In this document: piece after piece, positions 12,560-25,160 of the stretch
How the letters are laid out: the number at the start of each line of letters is the position of its first letter
Numbering within the stretch: position 1 is the first letter of the stretch
Assembly: GCA_051530055.1 (NCBI GenBank)
Contig: CM121342.1
Location: 12,973,480-13,037,479 of the forward strand
Source: Neoechinorhynchus agilis
Taxonomy: Eukaryota; Animalia; Acanthocephala
Direction: 5' to 3'
DNA length: 64,000 nucleotides
Notes under the pieces: generated by a model
Database searches by the model: none
What the model was told of the DNA's origin: nothing
What the model saw: only the letters and a program-made list of their open reading frames with translations
Program-made: the position numbers and the translations under genes

Positions 12560-14040
12560 CAGTGCCGAAGCGAGACCAAAGGAGCGGTCACCAATTTTAG
12601 TATCAATCGACGGGATGGGTAAAGCGTTAAGAAAACCATCAGACCTGTGTCTTCGTGCTCATATGAAAATCCCGGATAAAATATATTTTACTGATCTCAA
12701 ATATTTCGCGAGGAATCTTCGCCTAATCAGTCATCTGAAAAGTTTTTGATGTTTTGTATTGTACGGCTGTGGTACGCGAAATAGGCATTTCCAAATCAAC
12801 ACGCTAAATTTTTTAAAAAATTTTGATGGGGACGGAGAAACATCTTTATCCTCCATTGCCTCGATTGCGAACAACCATTTTCCAACCTTGGTTAAAATTC
12901 TGCGGTGCTTGGTTCTACGGCACCAATTGTCTCAATGATGACAGGTTAGAAAATGTAGAGTGACGGATCAAGGACTGTATTTTTTCCATTTTTCGGAGCC
13001 TTTTTGGCCATTTTACTGGCTCCTGAAACTGCAAGGGAGAAGTTGCTCTTCGCAATCGTAAAGTCCCTAGGAGACGGTCTCCTTCCCACGGAACTATTGA
13101 GGAGCCGTCCGGTATTTTCCTGCGATCGCTGCGTAAAACGATCAACTCGACGAGAGATTTAATGCCCTCGCCAAAGCCCTACGTATTAGAGTATTTTCCC
13201 ATGTTGTAGTAATTGTGCCTGGCTATTGTTTTGGGGCAATGTCCGTCTTGGCACCGCACTTACACATCGCAGGAATTGAGCAAACTACGAAAAAGCGTAG
13301 TGCCGAAGCGATGCCACAGGGGCGGCCATCCATTTTAGTACCAATGGATAAGATTGGCAAAACGTTAAGAAACCTACCGGACCATTTGGCTGCCGCCACG
13401 AGTAGGCGTGCCTGTTCTTTGGAGTTCATACAATAACCAAGTAGGTTTCGAAATTCCTTCTCATTGATGTATCCGTTGAGACAGGCAGTTCGAGTTCTTT
13501 ATTTCAGTATTCAAAAGATTTGTCTTTAATTCCCGATCAGTCGGATAGGAATGCTTGTAAAATTAGAGCGGATTGTTCGGGACACGGATTTGCCAAAGGT
13601 TGGAATTGTTATTTCTGTCCCGTGTAGAACACCAAAACCTCCCAAGTGAACTGGGAACGATGCTAAATGCTACACCGAGCTGGAAAGTTCAACATTCGAG
13701 ATTCTGGTCATTGTGCGGCGGATCTCTTCATCGAACGAAGCAAGTATTTCGCTTTCGAAGCACATTGCGTAACGAAAGGGGAAATTCACTTTCTTTAAGG
13801 CAAGGCAGTGTCGAAGGATGAAGTAGGCGTCGTGTTTCGCCAATTTTAACAGCTTTACTGCTACTTGACTGAATTGATTTACTGCCGATTTTACTAAATT
13901 GTGGAGGTAGGATTTACAGCAAAGAGATGCACCGAATAGATTTGGACCTAACAAAAACTATCGTATCTTTGCAAAAACTTCTATTCACATTACTTTGCTC
14001 AACCAACTGTATTTGGTAATTTTTTGGTCGGCAATTAATA
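12560..14040 (-). mobile_element. CRE-clade (REL endonuclease) non-LTR retrotransposon fragment
   Basis: LLKLAKHDAYFILRHCL (post-RT), GTKMDGRPCGIASALRF..CKCG zinc knuckle and RRKIPDG..VPWEG REL motif. Confidence 0.8.
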
Positions 14041-15530
14041 ATGCACATCCCGTAGGCTCTACAATATTTCTTCACAGGCTACGACGCCCCTTTACCCCTG
14101 ATTTATAATCGGAACATTAGCTGGTCCCAACGCGAAGTGCAACAGGGTGGCCCCCTCGGCCCGATAGGCTTCTCCATTGCAATCAACCCATTGGTGAGGT
14201 CACTAAAATCGAACTCCAACGCGTGGTACCTGGACGACGGCACCATGGGAGGCGACCCTCTCTATCTGTTATGGGTGATCTTAACCGCATCATCGAGATC
14301 AGCTCCAAAATGGGCCTCGAGTTGAAGAGCTCGAAGTGTGAATTGCTACTAATGAACATGGACGAAACAGAAAGCTCGCAGCTACATCAGCAATTCAAAA
14401 ATGTCGCTCCGGGCATCAAACGAATCAATATTTGCGACTTCAGTCTCCTGGGTTCATGCGTTTTCAAGGAGAGTGTTCCGAAGGAGGTAGCAAATATCTT
14501 TGCCGCCCTGAATTTACTTTGTGAGAGATGTCCAGAGCTAGTCTCACGAAGCCGTTTTTGATTAAAAATTGCCTCTACATCCCAAAGTTTTTGCACAGAC
14601 TGAGATCTGCACCCGCCTTCGCGTGCAAGGATGATCTATCGAGTCTGGATGATCTTCTTCGGAATAAGCTCAGCCAAATCGTAAATATCGATTTCGACCA
14701 TTCCTCGTAGAAACAAGTGACGTTACCCTCCAACTACGGAGGTTCAGGACTCAGACTCATGGAGGACGTCGCATTGCCGGCCTTTCTTTACTCGATTTCG
14801 GCTAGTCGAGAGAACTCCCTTAAGATCTATCCGAAGTATAACGAAGAGCATTTTAATAATGCTGTCTCCTTATGGACCCCTAAAGTAGGACAAGCCACAA
14901 TACTCCAGAAGTACCAAAAGCAGTCATCGTGGGACTTACCGATGGTGCAGAAGGTTCACAAATCACTTATAGACCAACTGGACGAGAGGTCACGTTCGCA
15001 ACACATGGCTTGCTCTACGAAGGAGTCCGCCGCCGGGCTGAAAGCTATCCCGGCCGAAAAGTTTTTGGACTCTTTTGGACAACGAAACATTCCGGATAGT
15101 TTTCTCTTTGAGATTGGGTGCTCCCATCTGCTTCCCACACGAATGTCGCTGTGGCTCGCAAGTCGACGTCAAAAGATTACATGCTCTATCATGCATTCGG
15201 TCAGCTGGACGGTCGCCTAAACATGCCGAAACCAACGCGATCGTGAGTAGAGCCTTGCCCTCCATCAACATTTCAAACATCTTGGAGCCGAGCAATCTGT
15301 GTAGGTCTGGTGGTAAACGCCCAGATAGTGTGTAAGTCTTCGCTTGAAGCCGAGGGAAGTGCCTCTTATGGGATGCAACCTGCACCGACACCATGGCCAA
15401 GGTTGTTCGCTGATTTAGCCAGTAAAGTCCCCGGTGCTGTAGCGACCGCAGCGGAGCGTCTTGAAGCGGCAAAATACGCCGAGCTCCGCGTGATTACGTC
15501 ATTCTTCATGGTAAATCGGGCGTCTTGTTT
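14040..15530 (+). mobile_element. CRE-clade non-LTR retrotransposon fragment, head-to-head with the previous copy
   Basis: QQGGPLGPIGFSIAINP...NAWYLDDGT RT motifs, LRLGAPICFPHECRCG, GGKRPD and LWDAT REL motifs; multiple frameshifts. Confidence 0.9.
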
Positions 15531-16221
15531 CAAACACATCTACTAGTTATTTCGTGTCACATCCTACAAATGTGTCAGAAAGAAATGCGTAGGCGTCATT
15601 GTTCCACGTTAAGACTGCAAATACAACAGAATGTCCTTTATCCGCGAATTAACTGGGATCGAACGCCGCTCGAATAATAGATTTTTTTCGGGTAACCGAA
15701 ACCACCTCCTATTGTGATGTATCCAATTTTTAAATCTAGGTTACAGATATGCCGGAGGCAGTTGCTTAAAAAACTAGCATAGAATTTTATAATTCCACCT
15801 GTATTTGAAAATAATCACCTATTTGATCTCTTAAGCATTGTAAACTTTTTTCGCTGCAAAATCTCTTATTCTCTTGAGCAGTTGGACAGCATTGTGATAT
15901 GGACAATTGACGTTCGGATAATCGGTGTTCCACTGTATTTTGATTTTTTCCCGAGAGTAACCAATATAGCGTTTAATTTGACCAATGGGACACAGGAATC
16001 TAGTACAATATAATATTTATTTTCGGCTCCCCCGAAATGAAAGAGCTTTTATGTATTCTGATACACGCCTTCCTTGTCATGCAACTAAATTAGATTTTCG
16101 TTACTGTAGTCCTCTTTGCGCCATTAAAGCATTTTGTCTACCCATTATGAAAACGAGGCACAAAAGTTGTAATTTCGCAACACGCATTGCCTCCATTTCT
16201 CTTCTTCATTTCAGTTGATCA

Positions 16222-19200
16222 ATGGAAGTCCCGTCTTCGAGCCAGGCATTGGTTCAGGAAGGTCAACCTGCAATAACGGCAGATACTTCCAAAAGCCTAG
16301 AGGTCTACGCAGAATCACCGGAGGATTACAGTGCCCCGTATCGGCCTGATTTGGGCACAGAAGGCCGTGTCATTCGTTTGAGAGCAAACCATTTCCAAAT
16401 AGACGTACCACGGATCGTGATAGAGCACTATAGCGTCCATATTGTTCCGGAGAAATGTCCAAAGCGGATAAATCGAGAAATCATTCAAAAGTTATTTGAT
16501 CAGTGTGCGTTTGTCGATGCCCATCAACCGGTTGTTTATGACGGTCGAGAAAGTATGTACTCTTTGAGGCCTCTACCATTCGTAAGCGGCAAGGAGGAGA
16601 GCACGTTCAGTGTGACACTTCAGGGATCATACGAAGGTCAAGGTCGATCTTTTCAAGTAAAACTATCACCTTTGCCTCAACTAAACCTCGGTGTGTTGAT
16701 TGACGCACTAAATGGAAGCGTATCTGAGGTACCGACGGAGTGCATGCAAGCTCTTGATGTGATTTTAAGACATCTTCCAAATATGACTCACACTCCCGTC
16801 GGTCGAAGTTTCTTTTCACCGCCGGATATAAATAGGAATTACCTGGGAGGTGGACGCGAAGTTTGGTTTGGATTTCATCAAAGTATAAAGCCAACTCAAC
16901 ATCGCGTTTCTCTTAACATTGATGTCAGTGCCACCGCTTTCTATAAATCAGAAGATATGATTGATTTTATGTGCGAAGTTCTCGATATCAAAGACATATG
17001 AAGTTTGCTTTTTGATTCAAATTTCTTTATCATGCATCATCTACGATAAAGTATGGTTTAACGCGATGATCCCGGTATTGGTTCAACCGATCTGACCGAC
17101 ATGGAAAGTTCGATGGATTTGTATAAATGATTCGACAGGGGTTGAGAGGCGACTCCCAATCGGTATCGATGGTTAATTAATTTTTGATTTACTCCACATG
17201 TTAAATTCGCGTTATTAAAGTCCCGGGTAATCTTTAAGATTTTGCCAAAATAATGAGGTTGATGACTCGAATTTGATAAAATTGTTTTTCCGCTGCTAAC
17301 GCCATCAAAACCTTTATCTCCACTTCGAAAGAGCACAGCATTGAAAACTCAACTGATGAAGGATCTGATACTTTTCCCGAGGCGATGTGGAAAGGCTGAA
17401 TTTTAATTACATAAGCCTTTTTTTATCAAAGGGCGACTTTTATGGTTCACTTCTTTGGAGACTGTAAGCCGGCATGAAATCATTAGTCTTGAATTGACAC
17501 CTTTGAGCGAGCAACATTTCTTTGCATAGTGCTGGATTTTCGTGACGTATTTTTGAGTTTGCTTAACATTCGCAAATCTTTTGTTCAGCGAGCTTGGCCA
17601 GCTTTTCCTTGATCGCGATTTCATCATCAGTTTACCTTTAAACGGTTTAAAGACGTTACTAATAAGTTTGATATTTTGAGCGATGTAGGCTCATTATTGA
17701 TTCCCCCCCATTTCTCTCTTTTCCAACATTATTCAAAAAGCAAACCGTGAATGATCAACGCCGTCCACTAAATGAAAGTCAGCGTTTACGCCTAACTAAA
17801 GAATGCAAAGGTTTGCGAATCGAAGTAACTCATTGTGGTGGAATCAGGAGAAAATATCGCATATGTAACATAACTCGTAAGACGGCCCAGACGCAGACAT
17901 TTCCTCTGAAAACTACAGAAGGAAGTACAATCGACTGTTCAGTGGCCAAATATTTCAATGATCGGTATTCAATTAAGCTCAAATATCCGTATTTGCCATG
18001 TCTTCAAGTAGGTGCTGAACATAAACACACTTATTTGCCGCCTGAAGTTTGCCGGGTGGTTGCTGGGCAGCGATGTATAAAGAAACTTAGTGATATGCAA
18101 ACTTCTACAATGATAAAGGCAACAGCAAAATCCGCACCTGACCGTGAGCGTGAGATTAATGCACTTGTTCATCGAACTACGTTTAACACAGATCCATACG
18201 TCCTTGGATTTGGTATTCATCTCAACACCCAAATGACTGACGTCAATGGTCGAATCCTGTCCACTCCCAAAGTTCAATATGGAGGAAGAAGTAAACTTCA
18301 AGTGACGCCCGTGCTTGGAGTTTGGGATATGAGAGGAAAACAGTTCCATGTAGGTATCAGTATATCACATTGGTTTATTGCCTGCTTCGCCTCACAACGG
18401 ATGTGTCCGGAGGCGTCACTTAGATCGTTGATTTCAGATTTTGGATGCACATAGGTGGAAATCGAAATCAGCACATTCTCCTTTAGTCTAAAACATATTT
18501 AATGCTCTCTTTTTTCAATTGCTGCAATCAACGAAATAGATCGTTTGCGCAATCCCTTCAGAAAATTAGCAACGATGCTGGTATGCCGATTGTAAATCCT
18601 CCATTGTTTTGCAAATACGTCCCGAATGCAGCTGATCACGTTGAACCGCTCTTCAGATTTGGCCTTGAGAAAAACAAGGACATTCAGCTGATACTTGTTA
18701 TTCTACCCGGTAAAACATCGGTTTACGCTGAAGTCAAGCGAGTGGGCGACACAGTTTTAGGACTGGCCACTCAATGCGTACAGATTCGGAATGTGAATAG
18801 AACGACTCCTCAGACTCTAAGCAATCTTTGCCTAAAAATCAACGTGAAATTGGGAGGAATCAATAGCATACTTGTACCATCTGTGCGGCCAATCTCAGTG
18901 TTCTGCGAACCTGTTATCTTCATTGGCGCTGATATTACTCACCCTCCTGCGGGAGATCGAAACAAACCCTCGATTGCCGCGATTGTCGGTTCCATGGATG
19001 GACATCCCAGTAGGTATGCTGCTTGCGTTATGGCAGTGGATGCTGGGTTGCAGGGTGGTCGAAAATGTCTTGACAAAAATAACAGAAACCTTTTTCTAAT
19101 AGTGAAATCAAATTGGTGCAACAAGCTGTTTTTTAATTTAAAAAAATTGAAGTTAACCATCAGAAATTCTTCTTCTCTCGATCTGATACACTTAAGACTC

Positions 19201-20434
19201 ATTAGGGATAAATTTCGTAATAAAGAAAAACAACAAATTACCAATAATCACACTAAAATCATACTAAGATTTATATTTAGATAGTTTTTACAAGGTTCTC
19301 ATTAATGGAATTTGTACAAGCACTTTTTTGTTACAATTGTTAGGGGACTTATTTTTTACAGTCAAATATTTCATTTGTTCTAAATACTGTGTATTAACGT
19401 AAGGCGAACAACCAAAATTATTTGTGCTCTTTGAACGACTTTTGTACCAATGTTCAAAAGCATTGACATTTTATCACCTTTTTTTCTAATACACCATCGA
19501 ATAGCGTTTATAAATAAGTCTATTGTCTCTAATTGTGATTTAAACTTTCCTTAAGATCATCCAGCCACGCTGCGTTAGAATTCAGCAGCACCGACTCGAA
19601 TACATTGTTGAATTGAGCAAAATGGTCCGCGATGTTTTGGTGAAATTCTATTTGAGTACAGGATTTAAACCTGTCAAAATCATAATGTACCGAGACGGTC
19701 TTACTGATAACCAGGCTCGGGCGGTATTTGCACGCGAGCTCATGTTTATCCGAGAAGCCTGTATGAGTCTAGAGAGCGCCTATAAGCCAGGTATAACGTA
19801 TGTGAGCGTTCAAAAGCGTCACCATACCCGACTATTCTGCGTCGATCGTCAAGATCAGAATGGGCGAAGTGGGAACATTCCTCCTGGTACAACGGTGGAC
19901 GTGACTATCACTCATCCGAACGAATTTGATTTCTATTTATGCTCTCACGCTGGAATTCAAGGCACTTCAAGACCATCTTATTACCACGTCCTTTGGGACG
20001 ACAATGAATTTAAATCAGATGATCTACAAGCCTTAACGTATCAGCTTTGTCATACATATGTAAGATGTACGCGTTCAGTTTCTATTCCTGCTCCTGCTTA
20101 CTACGCTCATTTGGTTGCTTTCCGAGCTAGACACCATCTTGTTGACAGGGACCACTCAGAAGGATCGTCGAGTCTGTTCACTGATTTAGGAACATCTCAT
20201 GTACAATCGGATACAATGGAGAGCGAATATAGAGGCATCAATAGTGGAGTAAATGGATCTGAACTGACTAGTGATAGGTCCAACCCTCTTATTTCGGACT
20301 ACATAGTGAACAGTCTTAATCAAATATCGATCTCGCATCATGAAGAAGTATCTACGGAACCATTACAAACTACACCAACGCAATCACCCATTATTGTTCA
20401 TCCAAACACGAGGAAAGTCATGTATTTTGCCTAG
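16222..20434 (+). CDS. AGO: Argonaute, AGO clade (N, PAZ, MID, PIWI; catalytic Asp/Asp/His motifs present); 4 exons approx. 16222-16998, 17750-18422, 18539-19030, 19578-20434
   Basis: [93 protein letters not shown]. Junctions placed by recalled AGO consensus and are non-canonical (see findings). Confidence 0.97.
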
Positions 20435-20928
20435 GACGCGATCACGGATCGTCGTTGTACTGATTTATGAATAAAAAGATTGTGCTAATATATCACGTTC
20501 GCCGTTTTTGCATGCGTTACTGGTGAATTCTGGCAAAAAGGCTAGTAAACTTAGGAAAAAAAGAATTATTTTGTCTTGTTGGCGTGCCAAATTGAGTCGT
20601 TGGATTTTTCCGAAGTCGTATTTACGGGGAACTAATATGGGAAATGATCTTGTCAAAAGTTTGTGCCAGTCGCTGAAAACCAAGCTTCGCTGAAGTTCAA
20701 ATGTGTGACAGAAACATTGGAAATTAAATGTTGAATAAAATCGCGGAATTGGATTTGTCTTTCTGAATTCTTAGAGAACTGAATGGCGCTTCTCAGCCTT
20801 CTTAGCATGCAGCGTGAAAAAATAACGAATACTATAACAATATTTTTGAAGACTGACCAGCTGGTAACTTTTATTCAGTATCAATGTGCGGCCTTTTTTC
20901 CACGGCTTATAATTTTCCTTGGGCACAC

Positions 20929-21115
20929 AGTCCAGGTCAAGTGGACTAATGCTCCTGATCCCAGTTAAGGGTCAACTGGTTCGAATCCGTTACCGCCAAT
21001 GACGCACAACCAAAGGTAACAAAGTACCGATGATGAGAGTAGACTCACTGATGAGTCCCGCCTCCTTGGGAGATATCTGAGGATCCTGAGGGATGTACAA
21101 ACTCATAACCGTATT
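20929..21115 (+). mobile_element. tRNA-headed SINE-like repeat, copy 1, with hammerhead-like segments
   Basis: A-box-like ggtcaagtgg, B-box ggttcgaatcc followed by accgcca, then ctcactgatgagtccc and gatatctgaggatcct shared with the other copies. Confidence 0.65.
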
Positions 21116-21286
21116 TTTCAGGGTATTAAGTGATTTTATGCGCTTCCTTTAACCAGATCGGTGGGCTGCGTGTGCCCAAGAAATCTGCCGTTTAAAGGAT
21201 GCTCATTTCAACACTTAGACAATAAAATGTAACCGGCTATCCAGACTTTAAATAATATAACACCTTCCCTAGGCTAATACTGGCGA

Positions 21287-21449
21287 AGTTTGTACATTCC
21301 GTAGTTGCTTCGAGGTGGTCTAGTGGACTTGATTCACGAATTCCCGTTTCAGAGTAAAAAGGGTTCATAATCCATTATCGTCGATGACTCATAACAAAAG
21401 GGGACGAAATACCACTAAAGGAAGGAAACTCACTGATGAGTCCCGCCTC
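21287..21449 (+). mobile_element. tRNA-headed SINE-like repeat, copy 2 (3'-truncated, abutting a CRE fragment)
   Basis: Shares the agtttgtacattccgtagt start with copy 3; ggtctagtgg, degenerate B-box, gggacgaaatacc and ctcactgatgagtccc. Confidence 0.65.
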
Positions 21450-22130
21450 ACAAGCGGCTCTACCCAAACAATATGGAGGCTCTGGACTGAGACTTACCCA
21501 AGATACCTTGTCTGCATTCCTCGCCACGCTTCGCGAAAGTCCTTAGAAATCCTTTAGCATTTGCCCCAAGACCAACGAACGTGACTCTTCACCAACGCTA
21601 TTTCTTTTTTTGTTGGCCAAAACTGGTCTATCCGAGTCACCAGATATGAGCGAGAAGTCCCGAGCGATGATGATTGTGTGCTTTAACAAGTTATGAGGCG
21701 TGGCTTGAAGCGATCCCATCTGCGCAGTTTTTGAACTCTGTTGGACGATCACTCTCAATATCGCATTGTGCCTGAGATTCGGCCTTAGTATTTGTGTTCC
21801 TCACAAATGCCGCTGCGGATCATTGGTGGTCACAAAGGGCATACAGAGGTTATCGTGTAGCCGGTCGGAAGAAAGTTTACCGAGACACACCAAAATCAAC
21901 ACGATCATTAGTACGGCGCTGACTTCGATTCATGTTCCCAATATCTTGGAATCTCTCAATATTTGTAGATCGGACGGCATGCGACCGGATGGTGTGACTG
22001 TTTTTCTCTGTGCGCGAGGAAAGTGCCTCTTATGGGACGGGACTTCTGTGAACACATCGGCCAAGTCCAACGTCACGAGGAGAATCTTTTACCAGAAAAA
22101 ATTGAATCTCTTTAGAAAGGATTAAGGAAT
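21450..22130 (+). mobile_element. CRE-clade non-LTR fragment
   Basis: ALPKQYGGSGLR, LRFGLSICVPHKCRCG, DGMRPDGVT..GKCLLWDGT. Confidence 0.85.
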
Positions 22131-23708
22131 GCTGCATGCATCTTCGAGACAACGGACGGATAAATATGTTTGTTCGGAACTTTTATAAATTGGAAAAATG
22201 GCTTCTAAGAAATGAATATAACAAATTTAGCAAAGATTTTTTTAAACTTAACAGTGATCGACAGCATATTTTGTTTCTAGTTAATTAAATCAATACGACA
22301 CTTATTATGGGCGGCTACTTTAATCGGGAATTCGTTTATAAAACCTAAGTGTCTTTGTCGACGGCAAGTAATCCATGAAAGCACACACAAAATTAAAATC
22401 CTATGCAGCAGCTATTTAATAATCAACTTTAACAGATACATCAAACCCAACATTGAATTTAACTCACTTACTTAAGTTTGTGACTAACTTTCTTTAGCAC
22501 TCATCGTAGTCGCGCCGAGACGATTGATTAACTTACGGATCGTGAGCCCTATCAAAGTGCAGAAGTTGTACTTACTATGAATGTACTTGCTCAGTTTAAA
22601 TTCAAAATGGAACTATTTGTTAATATTTTTGTGGGTCCTCGACACCCGAAATATACCGACCAAAATAATAACATATCTAACCACCCGAATGCAATCCTCA
22701 ACGAAAAAATAGCACTATTTGTCTTGCAAAACGCAGGATTCACTCTAGCCAAGGTTTTTTGATTTTCTTGTCGTACAATTGTTGGAGCATTTGCTAGCAT
22801 TAGTTAATTGGTTCTTAATGCGACTAAGAGTGAATATGAATTATTCATAATTAATATTTTAAAGCAGGACTAAAAAGTGCTCTTTAAATGTTGGAACATT
22901 TGATTAAAGTTTGCAATTATTATTGGAATTCGGACGACGAGGGTTCATTATTTTATGGAAACGATTGCGGTCTCATTAATTTCTCAGTTTAAGTTTTTCA
23001 TATTTTTGGCCGGGGTTCAAATAGCACCCAACCATACTTGTAATCGAATTATCTAAGTACGCATGCATGGACGTTTTAGCTTATATTATATCCAAATGTT
23101 CTTAACCACTTTAATACAAAGTTATGTTTCAATACTGAAAGTGCATCTCTTATTCAACGGGGAAATTTTGGAGTTTGTGCGTCTCTCAAATTTTCAGCAA
23201 ATTCTCGACTCCACTTTGCATGATGTTACACACTTTATTTGATTAGCATAATATTTTAGCGTTAAGTTTTCTAGATCGCTCATACCCCATTTGCGGCATG
23301 CAAAAGAACTAATCTAATCAGTGCATTGTTCAAGCGAACATATTTAAGCCAATTTTAAACGACCAGCTTTATGGCCATCAAAGACTACAAAGAAAACATA
23401 ATTGGGTTTTTGGTATTTTCATATAAATGGGGCACCACGAAATTTCAGTTTCCCTTTATTTCAAATCGATTTAGAAATTTGTACTAGTGAGGATAGGCAA
23501 CAGAGTTATCATTTAAAGCGGAGTGTTTGCAAATGTTCTCCACATACGCACAGCAGGCGCACTGATTAGAAGTTAAAGGCGATAATTACTCCTTTCTCCG
23601 TGAAAATGCCAGAGCAACTGACACTAATTTCTTTGGATTAATCAACTTACTTCCCCTGTTTTTCGATACTCCTGCAGAATAACGTCCTCGTTTCGGTTTG
23701 TTCCCTCA

Positions 23709-24647
23709 ATGGATCGATTTTGTGCTGTAGTATCAAAAACGTGCGGATTGGGTCATAAATTGGATAAACCAGTACAAAAATCAAAAAAATTCTCTTTAAA
23801 CAAGGTACTAAGACGCAATAAACTTCCCGTTGCAACAAAAGATGAGATTTCAGGATACACATCTCGAGGTACAGGGTCGACTGATGAATTTAAGAACCAG
23901 CCGAGGATCATTAGTTTTTTAAAGGTAACTAAAGGAACGCCAAGGTGGGCTTTTAGTGAAGATGAGAGTAAAATGAAGATTGTCATTTGTTCGTGATGGT
24001 TTGTTTTTTGTAGAATGTAACGTGCAAGAGCGAAATGTGCTAGCTAGATAGATAGTAAATCAGTTTTATTTTAATATATCAAGTAGTTTAGGAACAAATT
24101 TAATCTCCGGTACATCTAAAATCAGATTAATTTGGACGCTCACCAATTTGTTGAAACAAAGACAATCTTTAATAAGATACTTAAATCATCAATTGATGCC
24201 GTCTTTACAACGGTGAATGAAGGCGGTGAAGATCTCTTTAAGCGGGTGTTCAATTACGACGCATCGTTTAAAGAGAAGATTAAAATACAAAGGAATTACT
24301 CAGCAGAACGAGTGGACTCGCTTTTTAGTACACATTCGATTCGCGTTCTAAGAATTGTAAAACAGTTAATTTATAACATCAATGATCCCCAATTCGCACA
24401 CGATGAACTGTCGCAGTTGGGACGAACGCACAAAGGATTTCGGGTTGATAGTCCTCAGATGGATGTTATGCTCACGAATTTTCTCGATCTACTTGAACGA
24501 TTCGATTGGCAGAATTGGAACTCGGCTAGCGAAAACGCATGGATGAAATTCATCGCCGGCGTCTTCTCGTTACTTACATTGCCCCTGGAAACTAGTGAGG
24601 CCAAAGCTGAGAAAATCGATTCCGTCCAATGTGTAAGAGTGTCTTAA
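23709..24647 (+). CDS. Globin with N-terminal extension; exons approx. 23709-23970 and 24175-24647
   Basis: A-helix FSEDESK+ILKSS, GEDLFKRVF, distal THSIRVL, proximal LGRTHKGF, NAWMKFI. Confidence 0.85.
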
Positions 24648-25160
24648 TGATCACATCACAAGTGTGATTGTCAATTGTGTTATCACTAACGACCCTAATA
24701 GGCAATAAATTGCTCATTGAGTGCCGTGGAAACGTTTCCGAGCTAAATCCAAAGGCGAGGAATTCCTTGGCTTTGCAATAAGAAAATACTCAGTTCGTTC
24801 CCTTGTAACCTTTAGATATTTAAGGGCCTATATTAAAATTACGCAAATAGAATAAGCGGCAATCCGACAATCGATAGACAAATGTTATTATTACGATTAA
24901 AGTACTAATCGCTCTAAGGGCCAGGTTCGCACTTCGTAATCACCATAAAGGAAAATCGCCGGTTAAAAACAAGCTACCAAATTGAACATTGCCGAAAATC
25001 CATTCGACGAACAATGCAGACGCAACTGAGAAAATGAATTTACTTGGCCCAGTGAATTCCAAATAGTCAATCCGTCATATTAGACTGTCAAGTCCTAATC
25101 TAAACAGATCCAAAATGTTAAATGTTTTTACTGGCAAGCCAGGTCTATTGATTCAGATTT

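Noticed and set aside
15640-15700. B-box-like gttcgatccc on the minus strand (also at ~32225) as tRNA genes
   Set aside because: No cloverleaf or A box could be built.
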